Part shown: positions 1 through 12,723 of the stretch, in pieces
How positions within the stretch are numbered: position 1 is the stretch's first letter
How the letters are laid out: every line of letters begins with the position of its first letter
NCBI GenBank assembly: GCA_964016885.1
Contig: OZ024741.1
Location: forward strand, 391,964,001-392,028,000
Direction of reading: 5' to 3'
Length of the DNA: 64,000 bases
Source of the DNA: Eledone cirrhosa
Lineage: Eukaryota
Translations under genes and position numbers: made by a program
The notes under the pieces: model-generated
Seen by the model: the letters and a program-made list of their open reading frames with translations, nothing else
Database searches by the model: none
Told to the model about the DNA's origin: nothing

Positions 1-497
1 GTGGTAATTCTGAATAGAAATTGACATAGACTGTGATGACTTGCCTAGCCAATGCCAGCATGGAAAATAGATATAAGATGATTACATATACACACACAAG
101 AATTAAAAATAATATTACTTTACATGAGATGATAAATTTAATCTCATATAATTGAGTTCATCAAAGACTTGTAGTTGAAATCTGCTTGACATTGTCTTTT
201 GTTACTTAATACCAAACAAAGTACTGAGGTAGATATAATTGACTAAAATCTCTTGAAGACAGTTCCCCAATCACAAAAGACTACATTAACCTAATTATAT
301 TAGGAAGTTTTGTAGTACTATTATACAATATTGACTAATTTATTGAACAGTGAAATACAAAATGAAAAAAGAACCCCCCCCCCCCACTCAAATTTTCAAG
401 ATAAATATATTAGATAGAAAAAAAGAAAAAAAAAGAGGATTGACTTGACAATTACTGAAACTAATTTTCACACTGATGTAATATGGTTGGCATTAGT

Positions 498-940
498 GAA
501 GGCGCATGGCTCAGTGGTTAGCGCAATGGGCTTGCGGTCGAAAGGTTGTGAGTTCAATTCTCAGACCGGGTGATGTGTTGTTTCCTTGAGCAAGACACTT
601 TATTTCACATTGCTCCAGTTTACTCAGCTGTAAAAATGAGATGATAGGACTGGGGTCCCTATCATTCCACTGCAAAGTGGTTGTGGAGGTGCCACGGCTA
701 AAAAGCACCCAGCCCACACTGTAAAGTGGACGTGTAGGTGCCACGGAAAAAAAGCACGCATCACTCACTGTAAATGAGGTTGGTGCTAGGAAGGGCATCC
801 AGCTGTAGAAATCAAACCAGAATCAGTTCCCGTATGAGCAAAACAAGGTCAGCCGACTGGACACTGCCCACAACAGGACAACCCGTCTAACCCATGCTAG
901 CATGGAAGAACGGACGTAAAACGATGATGAGGATGATGAT
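498..940 (+). mobile_element. tRNA-derived CORE-like SINE with RTE-derived 3' tail
   Basis: A box TGGCTCAGTGG, B box GTTCAATTC, CORE-like ccttgagcaagacact...ctgtaaaaatg; 3' part matches the UTR of the RTE at 55636-55910. Confidence 0.85.
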
Positions 941-1102
941 CCAGTCGTAGAAAACCAAGCCAAAGTCGTGATCACCTGAGTTGACTAGTTACATAACTAA
1001 CAACCTGTCTAACCCATACAAGCATGGAAAATGTTAAACAGTGATGATGATGATGATGTATATATAAATATATGTAAATGTTGAGTGGGTTAAGATTGTT
1101 AT

Positions 1103-1315
1103 GAAATGTAGAAAATCTAAAATGCAGTAAATAACTGTGAACATAGTTGATTGTTATAAATGATAGCTTAAAAGATTGGATAAAATAACCCTATAGATGG
1201 AAAAAGTAGCCAATTTTTCCATCTATAGGGATATTTTGTCTGATTTTTAAGGTATTATTTATAGCAATCAACCGTATTCACAGTTATTTACTGCATTTCA
1301 GATTTTCTACATTTC
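1103..1315. repeat. Long imperfect inverted repeat (arms ~100 bp)
   Basis: gaaatgtagaaaatc...ccctatagatggaaaaa / tttttccatctataggg...gattttctacatttc; mismatches mostly transitions. Confidence 0.92.
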
Positions 1316-1602
1316 CTAAGAATATAATATATATACATATATAACTATGTGTAACTGGTTTAGAATAGGGACACTGTATCCCTGTACTCCATGTTATAAG
1401 AAGTGACTAAAAGAGTTACGAAGGTCATCTGGCAATAAAACATTGCCTCAAAAAGTCTCATCCAAACAATGCCAATATGATCTAAAAATTGATGACAATG
1501 ATGATTGAAAACTCTTTTGTAAATAAAAATGAGAGGGAAAATATTGATAATTATTGATTTGGATAGAGAATTGATGTAAATATTATAACAATAGTGACTA
1601 AC

Positions 1603-1797
1603 CTGTATAGAAGCAACTCTAGGTGGTAGTACCAAACCAATATTATCTCCATGGACCATACACATAACTCCAATTGTCCGAGTAGTTAAACCCCAAGAAT
1701 TCTGGTAAACATATACTTTTTCTTGAGTTTCAGGATGCTCAAACTGAATATCAAACATCTTTGAAAAATTCTGTCCTAAATGATGTGAAGTTGCTCC
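1603..1797 (-). CDS. EPRS1: EPRS exon, ProRS motif 3
   Basis: [65 protein letters not shown]. Confidence 0.97.
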
Positions 1798-2331
1798 CTA
1801 TTGATATAAATAACATGAGAAAAAGTTAAAACCATTAAAGATTTTGGTTACAATAATTATCTCAGACATTCAAAATATTACAGGCACCCTGTCCACTCTG
1901 TAAAGTGGTCGTGTTGGTGACATAACAAAAAGCACCTGGTTCACCCTTTAAGGTGGTTGTGCTGGTGACATGATGAAAAAGTACCCAGTGCAACGTGTCC
2001 GTTGGTTGTTTTGGTGCCATGATAAAAAGCACCCAGTCTACTTTGTAATGTGGTTGGTGTTAGGAAGGGCATCCAGCCACAGAAATGAAGCCAGTTCTGT
2101 ATGAACAAAACATGACCACCTGATCTGATTTGTCTCACAATGGGTAATTCGTTTAATGGGTCGAAAATAGATGTTCAACAGTGATGGTGGTACACCGTAT
2201 CCCTGCATGTCATAAGTGACTAAATAGGTTGGTGTAAGGAAGGACACCTGGTTGTAAAACATTGCTTCAAAATTCCTCTCTAACTCGTGCCATCATGGAA
2301 AAGTTGATGTAAAAATGATAATTATTATATA

Positions 2332-3282
2332 CTAGCTGAATTACCTGGCATTGCCTGGGTTACTACTGTTCTTATTCAGATTAGTAAGCAATAAATATGA
2401 AGATATGTTTTTTTTTTCTCATAATTATTTTTAAATATCTATATTTTATTTTAAAAATATCAAAATTGTAATGATAATAGAATTTTGAAATGAAAATCTG
2501 TCAATCTTGAAGCACCTTAGGGTAAACAATATTTATTGTGTAATTTTTTGTTGGTGTCCAAATGAATAAATTGTTGCTACACACTCACACACATACACTC
2601 TCATATACATATACTAAGATAGACGCACATAGACATACATTCATGCAGACACATGCATAGCTTTTCACCTCATTTTTTTGTCAGTTGCCACATTTGTATA
2701 TGTATGTGTAGATGTGTGTGTGTGTATTTAATAACTTACCTAATGAACGCGCACAGACACATACATAATCATATACAAAATGTGACGTTGTGGTGTTGTT
2801 TTCTATTGTTTTAATCCAAATGAAAATTATCACACACACGCTCACATACAATCACATACATATACTAAGACAGACACACACAGACATACATTCATGCACA
2901 CCTATTATTTGTCTGTCAACACATGTATCTGTAGATGTGTGTGTGTGAAGATAATGTGTATGCAACTTACTAAGGCTATATGTATGTGTAGATGTGTGTG
3001 TGTTTAATTCTCTGAGGCCTAACGTATGTAACAAACTTGCAAACACACACACACTCACATACACACTCATATACAAAATGTGACATCGTTGTGGTGGTGG
3101 GGGTTTACTATAGTTGACTATAGAAATATTATTTTAGATAAAATGTTATATTGTTTTAATCCAAATAAAAATAAAAATTACATGTTGACACTCCTGGGGT
3201 CTAATAAAATTTGATTTGATTTGGTCGAGCCGTTTGAGAATGCATAGGAACAGACAGACAAAGAATTTTATATATATAGAGA
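2332..3282 (-). mobile_element. Non-autonomous Helitron
   Basis: Minus strand 5' TCTCTATATATATAAAA; 3' hairpin cccaggcaatgccagg then CAGCTAG; A|T insertion site; internal AC-rich duplication. Confidence 0.78.
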
Positions 3283-3568
3283 TAAGCTTATTTTATATTT
3301 ACAGGATTCATCACCTAAAACAAATACTGATTCAGAACTTAGGTACACACCACACATTCTCTGGGAGGATACATGTTATACAGGAAGGATAGAAATATGC
3401 TGATAAGTTGATCAGTAAAACATCATATCAACATACTTCACTAAATTTCGAATACAAACAATTTTTGATCATCCTACACAACTTTCATTATTAGTTTATA
3501 GTACCAGTAATGCACTGGGTAATTGCTGGCCTTGTGCCAAAAGTAGAAACAATTTTTAGTTTATCTTA

Positions 3569-3785
3569 GGGCAGTGGATTGGCAGTATTGTTAGAATGTC
3601 TGATGTTTTACAGCATTTAATTATGGCCCTTTGTATTCTGAGTTCAAATTTCATTGAGGTTGGCTTTGCCTTTCATCCCAATGAGGTCAATGAAATAAAG
3701 TACTAGTAACACACAGGGGTCAATTTAATTGACTTACCCCTTCCATTTAAATTGCTGATCTTGTGCCAAAAATAGAAACAATTAT
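3569..3785 (+). mobile_element. Second tRNA-derived SINE family (Meta-domain-like); further copies at ~9172, ~10040(-), ~29630(-), ~35395(-), ~39490, ~43865, ~46520(-)
   Basis: tggcag...gttag A box, gagttcaaat B box, ctttgcctttcatcc...ggtc(a/g)at(g/a)aaataaagtac body, ggccttgtgcc(a/t)aa..tagaaac tail. Confidence 0.72.
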
Positions 3786-4496
3786 TAGTTTATGTTTTTT
3801 TCCTTCTATTTTTGTTAATTAAAAGCAAAGATAACTCTGGTAACAGTGCTGAAGTAAACAAAGAAGTAACAGACTAACGTAACAAAACCATAGTTTCTGT
3901 TCTACTGTACTAGATTGTGGTATCCTGCATATTCTCAGTTGTTTTTGTTGTTCAGTTACTGACATTGTATTTATTTTGATATAGCTGTGTGCAGATTTGA
4001 TATAATTGGGTGAGAAGGATTGATTTTAGAACATTGTTGAAGTATCATTCTAAAATGATGTTAATGTCCAGATATTTGTAGCTGGTTGGCTGGGCATGTA
4101 GTTGCAAGGTCTTCATGGTTTGAAGAGGAAAGTGATAAAGAATTGTGTCCCACATATGTCTAAGAACTCAATAAGCAAGGTGTAGTGTACAGATGATGAA
4201 AAAGGGGGCTGCTTTGTAGTTTGTATTATTTTTAGTCTGGAGAAGACATTAGGGATCCAGACAAGATTGTTGTATTTATTGTGGATCTTAGATATTGTTT
4301 ATAATCCAATGTGGAAGTTTCTTTAGTTTAGCTGGATATAATTTCTGAATAAGAATGATACAAGGTAGAGGATTGTTTAGTTACAAACAACCTCTCTAAT
4401 ACTGGCAGTATGACAAAATCCACCCAGTTCATGCTGTAAGAGTTGACTGGTGTTCTCTGTTGTGTGTGCAAGATAACAAGGATTGAAACATGTAAG

Positions 4497-5565
4497 GAGG
4501 ATATACTATGTGACTAGGACTGCAACATGTGAGGATATGGTATGTGACTAGGACTGCAACATGTGAGGATATGGTATGTGACTAGGACTGCAACATGAGA
4601 GGATATACTATGTGACTAGGACTGCAACATGTGAGGATATACTATGTGACTAGGACTGCAACATGTGAGGATATACTATGTGACTAGGACTGCAACATGT
4701 GAGGATATACTATGTGACTAGGACTGCAACATGTGAGGATATACTATGTGACTAGGACTGCAACATGAGAGGATATACTATGTGACTAGGACTGCAAGAT
4801 GTGAGGATATGGTATGTGACTAGGACTGCAACATGTGAGGATATACTATGTGACTAGGACTGCAACATGTGAGGATATACTATGTGACTAGGACTGCAAC
4901 ATGAGAGGATATACTATGTGATTAGGACTGCAACATGTGAGGATATACTATGTGACTAGGACTGCAACATGTGAGGATATACTATGTGACTAGGACTGCA
5001 ACATGTGAGGATATACTATGTGACTAGGACTGCAACATGTGAGGATATACTATGTGACTAGGACTGCAACATGTGAGGATATACTATGTGACTAGGACTG
5101 CAACATGTGAGGATATACTATGTGACTAGGACTGCACCATGTGAGGATATACTATGTGACTAGGACTGCAACATGTGAGGATATACTATGTGACTAGGAC
5201 TGCAACATGTGAGGATATACTATGTGACTAGGACTGCAACATGTGAGGATATACTATGTGGCTAGGACTGCAACATGAGAGGATATACTGTGACTAGGAC
5301 TGCAACATGAGAGGATATACTGTGACTAGGACTGCAACATGAGAGGATATACTGTGACTAGGACTGCAACATGAGAGGAGTATATGGTATGTGATTAGGA
5401 CTGCATCATCATCATCATCATCGTTTAACATCCATCCTCCACGCTAGTGAGGAGTATATGGTATGTGATTAGGACTGCATCATCATCATCATCGTTTAAC
5501 GTCCATCCTCCACGCTAGTGAGGAGTATATGGTATGTGACTAGGACAGCAACATGTGAGGATGAC
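4497..5565. repeat. 34-bp minisatellite, ~26 copies plus variant units
   Basis: Unit GAGGATATACTATGTGACTAGGACTGCAACATGT; 23 units of 34 bp, three of 32 bp, then two composite units; no spacers. Confidence 0.97.
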
Positions 5566-5963
5566 ACGCTATGTGATTCTGCAACCCAAGCCAACATAGG
5601 AAAAAAAATGGATGCAGAATGGGGATGGTGATTGACTTTAGTTTTCATGTTGTGAAATATCAGTGATACTGAGTTGATTATCAGGCTTGTATATGTGTGT
5701 AAAATATAGAAGATGATGTATTCTAGTATTGCAGGTAATTAGGCTGATGGTGTATTTCATTTGTCTTGCAAAAACATTGGCTCTGTTGTTGATGTGTTAA
5801 TGTGGATTTTATAATAGGCAGATGATCTGAGAAATGTTAGGATATTGTTTATGTGGTTCTGGTGTCTAGCTTGACAGAACAGAAACAACATAAAGACATC
5901 TATTACCACATTATACCCACAATGTTTGAATGTCAATAAGTATGATAATAATAAAAAATTTAC

Positions 5964-6119
5964 CTGAATGGCTCGTCCACTAGCAGAAATGTAACACTCA
6001 ACTGTTGTTGTATAGTCTCCGCCAGCAAATTTTTCCTTCTCAGTTTTTTTACCAGCAATAACAGGTATAGCTAATAAATCTGTGTAAACACGTGAATATA
6101 AATCTAGGATGGTCAATAC
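5964..6119 (-). CDS. EPRS1: EPRS exon, ProRS
   Basis: [52 protein letters not shown]. Confidence 0.97.
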
Positions 6120-7479
6120 CTGTTGAAGAACAATTTTATAACATCCTTTGAAACAAGATAAATAATAACAATATTGTTTCTTTTATTTAGTGATTGTTAG
6201 CAATCACAATCTTTACCCACAAAACATGAATTTAATGAGGCTTACAAAGAAACATTATATAAAACAAGAAGATGGATGAGAAACATTAAACAAAAAATGG
6301 GAAGGCAAGTTAAAAATAATTATAGATACAACATACAAATTCAGCATTTGGATGGGTTAGAGAGTTGTCACATTATGAGACAAGTCAGGTCTGGAGAGAC
6401 CATGTCTTGCTCAGAAGGATCTGTATTTTAGCTTGGTTTCTACAGCCGAATGCCCTTCCTAATGCCAAGCACACATTTAATAATTAAAAGATTGTAATAA
6501 AGCACACAATAAGTAAAACAAAATGTTATTTAAAAGGACAAACTACTTATACATAGGTGGAGAAATGCAACCTATATAAATGAGGGCACCCCATACTGGA
6601 ATGTTCGGAATAGCTTTAGGTTGGTGAGTAGGACTCATGTCCTACAGGTTGTTGACATGTAAGGTATCATAAACATAAGAGCACTTTGAAATTGAACAAT
6701 GTTTTTTTTTTAGCCTGATTCCATGTTTTCCTGTCTGTATTTCACTTGAGCTAACCTTACTAGTTCGATGATTTACTTGATAAACACACCTAGTACACTC
6801 TGTAAAGTAGTTGGTAGTAGGAAAGGCATCCAGTTATAGAAAACCCGCCAAACTAAGAGTCAGGAGGAGTCTTTGACTGTCAAAGATATGACAACCTCCC
6901 TAGTGCCAGTGTTACAATAAAATGCACTCGGCAGTGTGTGGGATTGTATGTAAGCAAATTGTGATCCATCAGAACACTTAGTATGGTGCAGGCTTGAAAC
7001 CTACAGTGGGGTTGGAATCTCTACTTTGAGTACCATCCTGATCTACTGACTCCCATCCACAATCCTTGCTAGCAGGAAAGTAGATGTTACATAATGATGA
7101 TGATGATGATTAAGCAGTCATTGATTAAACTTGCAAATGTCTGAAATTCAAAGAGAGGAAAGAGGGGGGGGGTTTCTTCCACTTTTTAAATATATTTGGG
7201 TCTTTTCTCATTTCTCACAGAAGTTTTCTGGTACACCACAACCTCCATCTGCCCCTATCCTCACAAAGGAATGGGGTGGTATTGCTGTGATGAGGGGAGG
7301 AAGGAAAGCTTTAATGGTGTCTGTTTGTCAATGTCGTTGCTGTGAGTTGCTTTTTCTTTCTATTTCTTCCTCCTTGTCACCAGTGGTTATGGTAAGGACT
7401 CTTGGAGATGTGGATGAGGCCAATTTTTTTCTTGAATTGTCAGAATTGCACCTGGTGCCATCCCTGGAGTAGCAGACTA

Positions 7480-8090
7480 CGTTTAAATCTCCAGGGTAGA
7501 AAACTCTTAAATCATTTTTTACTGCCACAAGTGTAGCAGATGGGCTTTCTGTCCTGAATGGTCAGTTTAAAGGTTTTCCTCCTGGCATGCACCACATGGT
7601 ACATTTCTATTGTTGTTTTGTGTTGTTGCAAGGTAACGAGGACTTGAATGTCCATGGACTCCCTACTCAGTTGCATAACACTAAACATTACATCAGCACT
7701 GACAATCTACCCATAATGCATCATGAAAGTGTCTACTAGCCAGGAGTTGACATTGTCACTAATGCCCTTGACAAGGATCCTTGTTTCTCTGTCCCATATA
7801 TTGTGGGGATAGTTTATGAGTAGAGGTTGCCCTGTACTATTGAGGGTTGTGTTTTGAAAAGGATACATATCTTTCCATATCCTCCACTTTTGTCTATAAA
7901 AGCTACTTCTTATACATATATATGAGAGCTGCATCCTGCTGCTCCTTAGTCGGAACATGGAAGGTTCCAGTAGCTTTGATAAAGTAGAGGTATGTAACCT
8001 TTCTTCATGCTTGTACCTGGGTAATAGATTTTGGCAGAAAGGTACCTGCCTAACGGACATAATGCTGCCATACATTTTTCCTTCCATCAA
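7480..8090 (-). pseudogene. Possible decayed retrotransposon ORF1/gag-like remnant
   Basis: Minus-strand frame reads GGKTFKLTIQDRKPICYTCGSKNDLRVFYP, resembling a degenerate CX2CX4HX4C knuckle, followed by a Ser/Thr/charged stretch; frameshifted. Confidence 0.3.
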
Positions 8091-8823
8091 GATGTTTCAT
8101 GTCTAGGCTTCCTTTGTTTGAAAGAGTTCTTGGAAACAAAGAATTTTGGCCAGGGTACAAAACATTTTTGTTTGACAAAGTATGTGTGAATGTTATCAAA
8201 TGTATTGTCTGTAATGTTACTTTTGTTTTTGTCAAATGTCAATATTTTTTTCCTGTATGTTTTGTGACAATAAAGTCTTTCATTCTTTTTGTCGCAAATA
8301 TTTGATTGCTAAAAGTTGTTTTATCTGTTTTTGTTTGAGGGGCATATCCCTTTATTGTAGTGCCAGGTGCCATTGTTTACATGAGATAGCTCAAAATGCC
8401 AGAAACATCCATAAAAGTAGAAGTAGTAGTATCTCTGTTGGTTCTGATCAATGGGAATATCCTGCTTGTGAAATTAACATGCAAGTGGCTTAGCATTCTA
8501 AAGACACATGCATCCTTAACATAGTTCTCAGGGAGATTCAACAAGGCCAAGTGTGTGATAAGGCTGGCCCTTTGCATTGTAGGTACAACCCATTTTTGTT
8601 AGGTGAGTGGAATGGAGCAATGTAAAAGAAAGTGACTTCCCCAAGGACATATGATTATGAGCAGAACAGCCTAACTACTAAGCCATGTGCCTTAACGGTG
8701 GTAGTGATGGTAGTAGTAGTAAAGAAAAATAAATTTATAATTAACCCTGAATACTTCAATGCATGTTAGTTGTTGAACATATTTGTAAACCTTGAATGTC
8801 CTTGTTAATCACAAACACGTTTA

Positions 8824-8970
<147 letters not shown>

Positions 8971-10522
8971 CTATCAGAATAAAATGGTTTAGTCAAATCA
9001 ATTTAATTAAAACATTCAAACATTACATTGAGATAATGTGACAATAAAATGAAGGAATATATTTAGGATATATTAGACAACACTGTGTCTAATATATGTC
9101 TCAATAAATTAATAAAACTTTTTCTAAAAATATACACTATTAGTACTATTAATTTCTAACATAAAACAGAATTGTTAGGGCGTCAGATAAAATGCCATTC
9201 AGTATTTGTATTGGCTCTTTACATTCTGAGTTCAAATCTCCTAGAGGCCAACTTTGCCTTTCATTTGTCCGGGTCAATAAAATAAAGTACAGTCAAGTCT
9301 GTTTCTGTTCAAACTGGCTGTAACCAGCTACTCATATTTATGTTAAGGTATTGTTCTCAAAATGACTATCAACATCTCATAGATTTGATATTATGTGAGA
9401 TAATTATGTGAAATAAAGCGTTTATGGTGAAAATACAATAGTAAATATAGAATAATGTAAATGCTAAAGGGTTAAATGCATTCTTTAGCATAATTAATGT
9501 ATATCATTTTTTTTCTCAATTTAAAAAGAAAAAAAATTGTTCTTTTTATCGAGCACTAATTTTTTAAATTGTTTTGCCATATGTTACTGTATTTGCTTTT
9601 CTATCACTATAACAACTCAAACTAGCTTCTGATTTTGTTTCATGGTTCCAGTGGACAAAATAGTAAATACTAAGTCAGTAGGCACCTCTTGACCAAATAT
9701 ACACCCCAATCCACTACCCCTACCCTATCCTCCCACTCCCACCAACAGCACGAGAAAATGAGATCGAGATCGTGTAGGTGTCACGACAAAAAAAAACACA
9801 GTCCACGCTGTAATGTGGCCGTGTAGGTAACACGGTAAAAAGTTCCCAGTTCCACACTGTAAATGTGGTTGGTGTTAGGAAGGGCATCCAGCTGTAGAAA
9901 ACCTGCCAGATAGTCCTATATGAGCGAGACACGGTCACCCGACCAGCCTTGCCTCAAGCGGGACAACTCCCGTCTAACCCATGCTAGCGTGGAAAATGGA
10001 CGTTAAACGATGATGATGAACAGTGGATTATATTAACCTAAATGCTGGACTGGTACCTGGAAGGATGAAAGGTAATGTTGCCCTCAGCAGGATTTCAAAT
10101 CAGAATGTAAAATGCCGGAACAAATGCTACAAAACATTTTGTCCAATGTTCTAATGATTTTGCCAAGGTGATAAGAACTCTTAATTATAATAACTCAGAG
10201 TTCTAAAATAAAACATTAAGAAATATTAAAATAAAACCTGGTTATTTAGCCCCGGGTCAGCCCCGATTAAGTAAACATATGATCAAAGGCATTCCAGCAG
10301 CGACCCATCTATTTTTGGTATATAAGGGACTACATTGACGAATGTATCTTTATTTAAGATAGTAGGGTGTGATTTGAAAGAGATTTGTTACTACTCCTCA
10401 CAAGTCAAGCGACCATGTGGAGGTTCCAACTTTAATTTGAATATAATCAATCATACAGAAGCGTTTAATCGGGGTTCTAAACAGTTATATGGTCTTATAA
10501 AAAAATCAAAAAAATCTCTTAC

Positions 10523-10675
10523 CACAACATTGCACCACTGGTTAATACGTATTGGTAAATCTCGGTGAGATTTAACCCACTTCCTATATGAAGGGTACAT
10601 AACTGTCTCACTTGTTGGTCGAATAGCAACAGGCTCAACAAGGTCGGTTTGTCCTGACTTTGTTACCCATGCAAC
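10523..10675 (-). CDS. EPRS1: EPRS exon, ProRS
   Basis: [51 protein letters not shown]. Confidence 0.97.
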
Positions 10676-10992
10676 CTAGAAATAATGTTAATTTTGATTA
10701 AAAAGTTTTAGCATTGTAATCTGGAATAAACAGAATAAGGCACAGAGAAGAAGAAATAGTCATTGAGGACAAAAACAACCAATAACTAATAATAAAGCTG
10801 AAGTAAATGTTAAATAGAGTGTGTGTTTTTATACTGCAGTGTGAAGTGGTCGGGATTTTACAGATCTTTATACCCAGTCTGCATCTCGCTATGCATTGAG
10901 TATTCCCATGATTAGTGGTTTTCCCGGTCTCAGCAGAGCAGACTCTCTCTCTCTCTATCATCATCATCATTTTACGCCCACTTCTCCCTGCT

Positions 10993-11050
<58 letters not shown>

Positions 11051-11180
11051 TATATAGATATATATATGTTATATATTTCCGTAGAAAAGTAAAGGAAAGA
11101 AGAGTGTTCTATGTATAGTACAGAGCTATTTAATTATATAATAAACAACACAGTATAATTATATTCTGTTGTTTATTATA

Positions 11181-11228
<48 letters not shown>

Positions 11229-11305
11229 AATAAAAGGCAGAGTTAAAAACTCATTAATACCCTGTAATTAACAAGCTCAAAGTATAAATACTGAGCATTA
11301 TATAA

Positions 11306-11600
11306 TAATATATGTAGTAATAAACACAGTAAATTGTGTGTTTAAAATTACGAGGGTTGAGATACCATGTTGGTTTGACAGATTTAACCTGAAGGAAACG
11401 GAAAATACAGGATAAAGAGTAAAATGTACAGACCGTTTCAATAACTATTCGGGAGATAAATAGTTATTGAAATAGTCTGTACATTTTACTCTTTATCCTG
11501 TATTTTCTGTTTGCTTCAGGTTAAATCTGTCAAACCAATGTGGTATCTCAACCCTCGTAATTTTAAACACAATTTACTGTGTTTATTACTACATATATTA
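11306..11600. repeat. Long inverted repeat (arms ~143 bp, loop ~9 nt)
   Basis: taatatatgtagtaataaacacagtaaatt...ataactatt / aatagttat...aatttactgtgtttattactacatatatta. Confidence 0.95.
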
Positions 11601-11603
11601 TAT

Positions 11604-12295
11604 ATTAGAATCAAAAGGCCTTAAAATTAACTTGTCTAAGACTAAAGTTCTAGTATGTAGGAAGGAAAATAGGGCGGTGGTACCCTCTGGGAAATGGCCA
11701 TGCTCAGTGTGTAGGAAAGGAGTAGGCAGAAACTCCATTTTATGTCCCAAATGCAAAGTATGGGTGCATAAAAGATGTAGTGGGATCACAGGTAAACTAA
11801 CTAAGAACATATATTTTATATGTGGCCGGTGCTCAGATGCAATAAGTAGTAGCAAGTGCCCACAGGATACTAGCTCCTTCCATTGCCCAGATGGTTCTAT
11901 AGAAATAGTGGACACCTTCCGTTACCTGGGTGACAAAATCAGCAGTGGTGGAGGGTGCTCTGAAAGTACAGTAGCCAGAGTTAGAACGGGATGGAATAAG
12001 TTCAGAGAGCTTATACCACTATTGGCTGCTAAACGTTTCTCCCTAAAAATGAAAGGCAGACTATATGATGCCTGCATACAAACAGCAATGTTACATGGCA
12101 GTCAGATATGGGCATTGTGTGCAGAGGATCTGCGCAGACTGGAGAGGAACGAAGCTTGCATGCTCTGTTGAATGTGTAATAGTAATATACGTGAACGGCA
12201 AAGCATAAATGAACTAAGTGAGAAATTAGGAATAAGAGGGATCAGATGCTGTTTACTTGAGAGAAGACTACGTTGGTATAGTCACGTGATGCGCA
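11604..12295 (+). mobile_element. RTE LINE fragment
   Basis: KTKVL...GKWPCSVCRKGVGRNSILCPKC...FRYLGD...KGRLYDAC; same family as 55940-57340. Confidence 0.92.
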
Positions 12296-12640
12296 TCCAG
12301 TTCTAAATGAATGAGGTCGTGTAGGTGTCATGACAAAAAAACACACAGTCCACGCTGTAATGTGGCTGTGTAGGTAACACGGTAAAAACCTCCCAGTCCA
12401 CACTGTAAACGTGGTTGGTGTTAGGAAGGGCATCCAGCCGTAGAAAACCCGCCAGACAGTCCTATACGAGCAAGACAACCAATCTTGCCTCAGGTGGGAC
12501 AATTCCTGTCTAAACCCATGCTAGCGTGGAAGATAGACGTTAAACGATGATGATGATGATGATGTCCCACCCTTGCAAGCAGGGAAAAGCGGACGTAAAA
12601 TGATGATGATGATGACATATATATATATATATATATATAT

Positions 12641-12723
12641 AGTTTTAATATAGACGAGCTTCTACAGGACTAGAACTGTTTCATTCGTGAGAAATCATCA
12701 GGGAGCTCTTCTATATTAAAACT
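12641..12723 (-). ncRNA. Type I hammerhead ribozyme motif (sense to EPRS pre-mRNA), degenerate base of stem II
   Basis: Minus strand: AGUUUUAAUAUAGAAGAGCUCC-CUGAUGA-UUUC-UCAC-GAAU-GAAA-CAG-UUCUAGUC-CUG-UA/GAAGCUCGUCUAUAUUAAAACU. 22-position stem I with 2 mismatches; sits in a ~150-bp insert between (TA)n tracts. Confidence 0.75.

Noticed and set aside
498-570. tRNA gene
   Set aside because: A and B boxes are present but there is no closing acceptor stem or terminator; it continues into a multi-copy SINE body.
4497-5400. CRISPR-like array (34-bp period)
   Set aside because: Units are contiguous with no unique spacers and there are no cas genes; it is an intronic minisatellite.
8350-8450. Minus-strand peptide FYGCFWHF resembling a Vsr/Polinton GCFWHG motif
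   Set aside because: Short stop-bounded frame with no other supporting motifs; probably chance.
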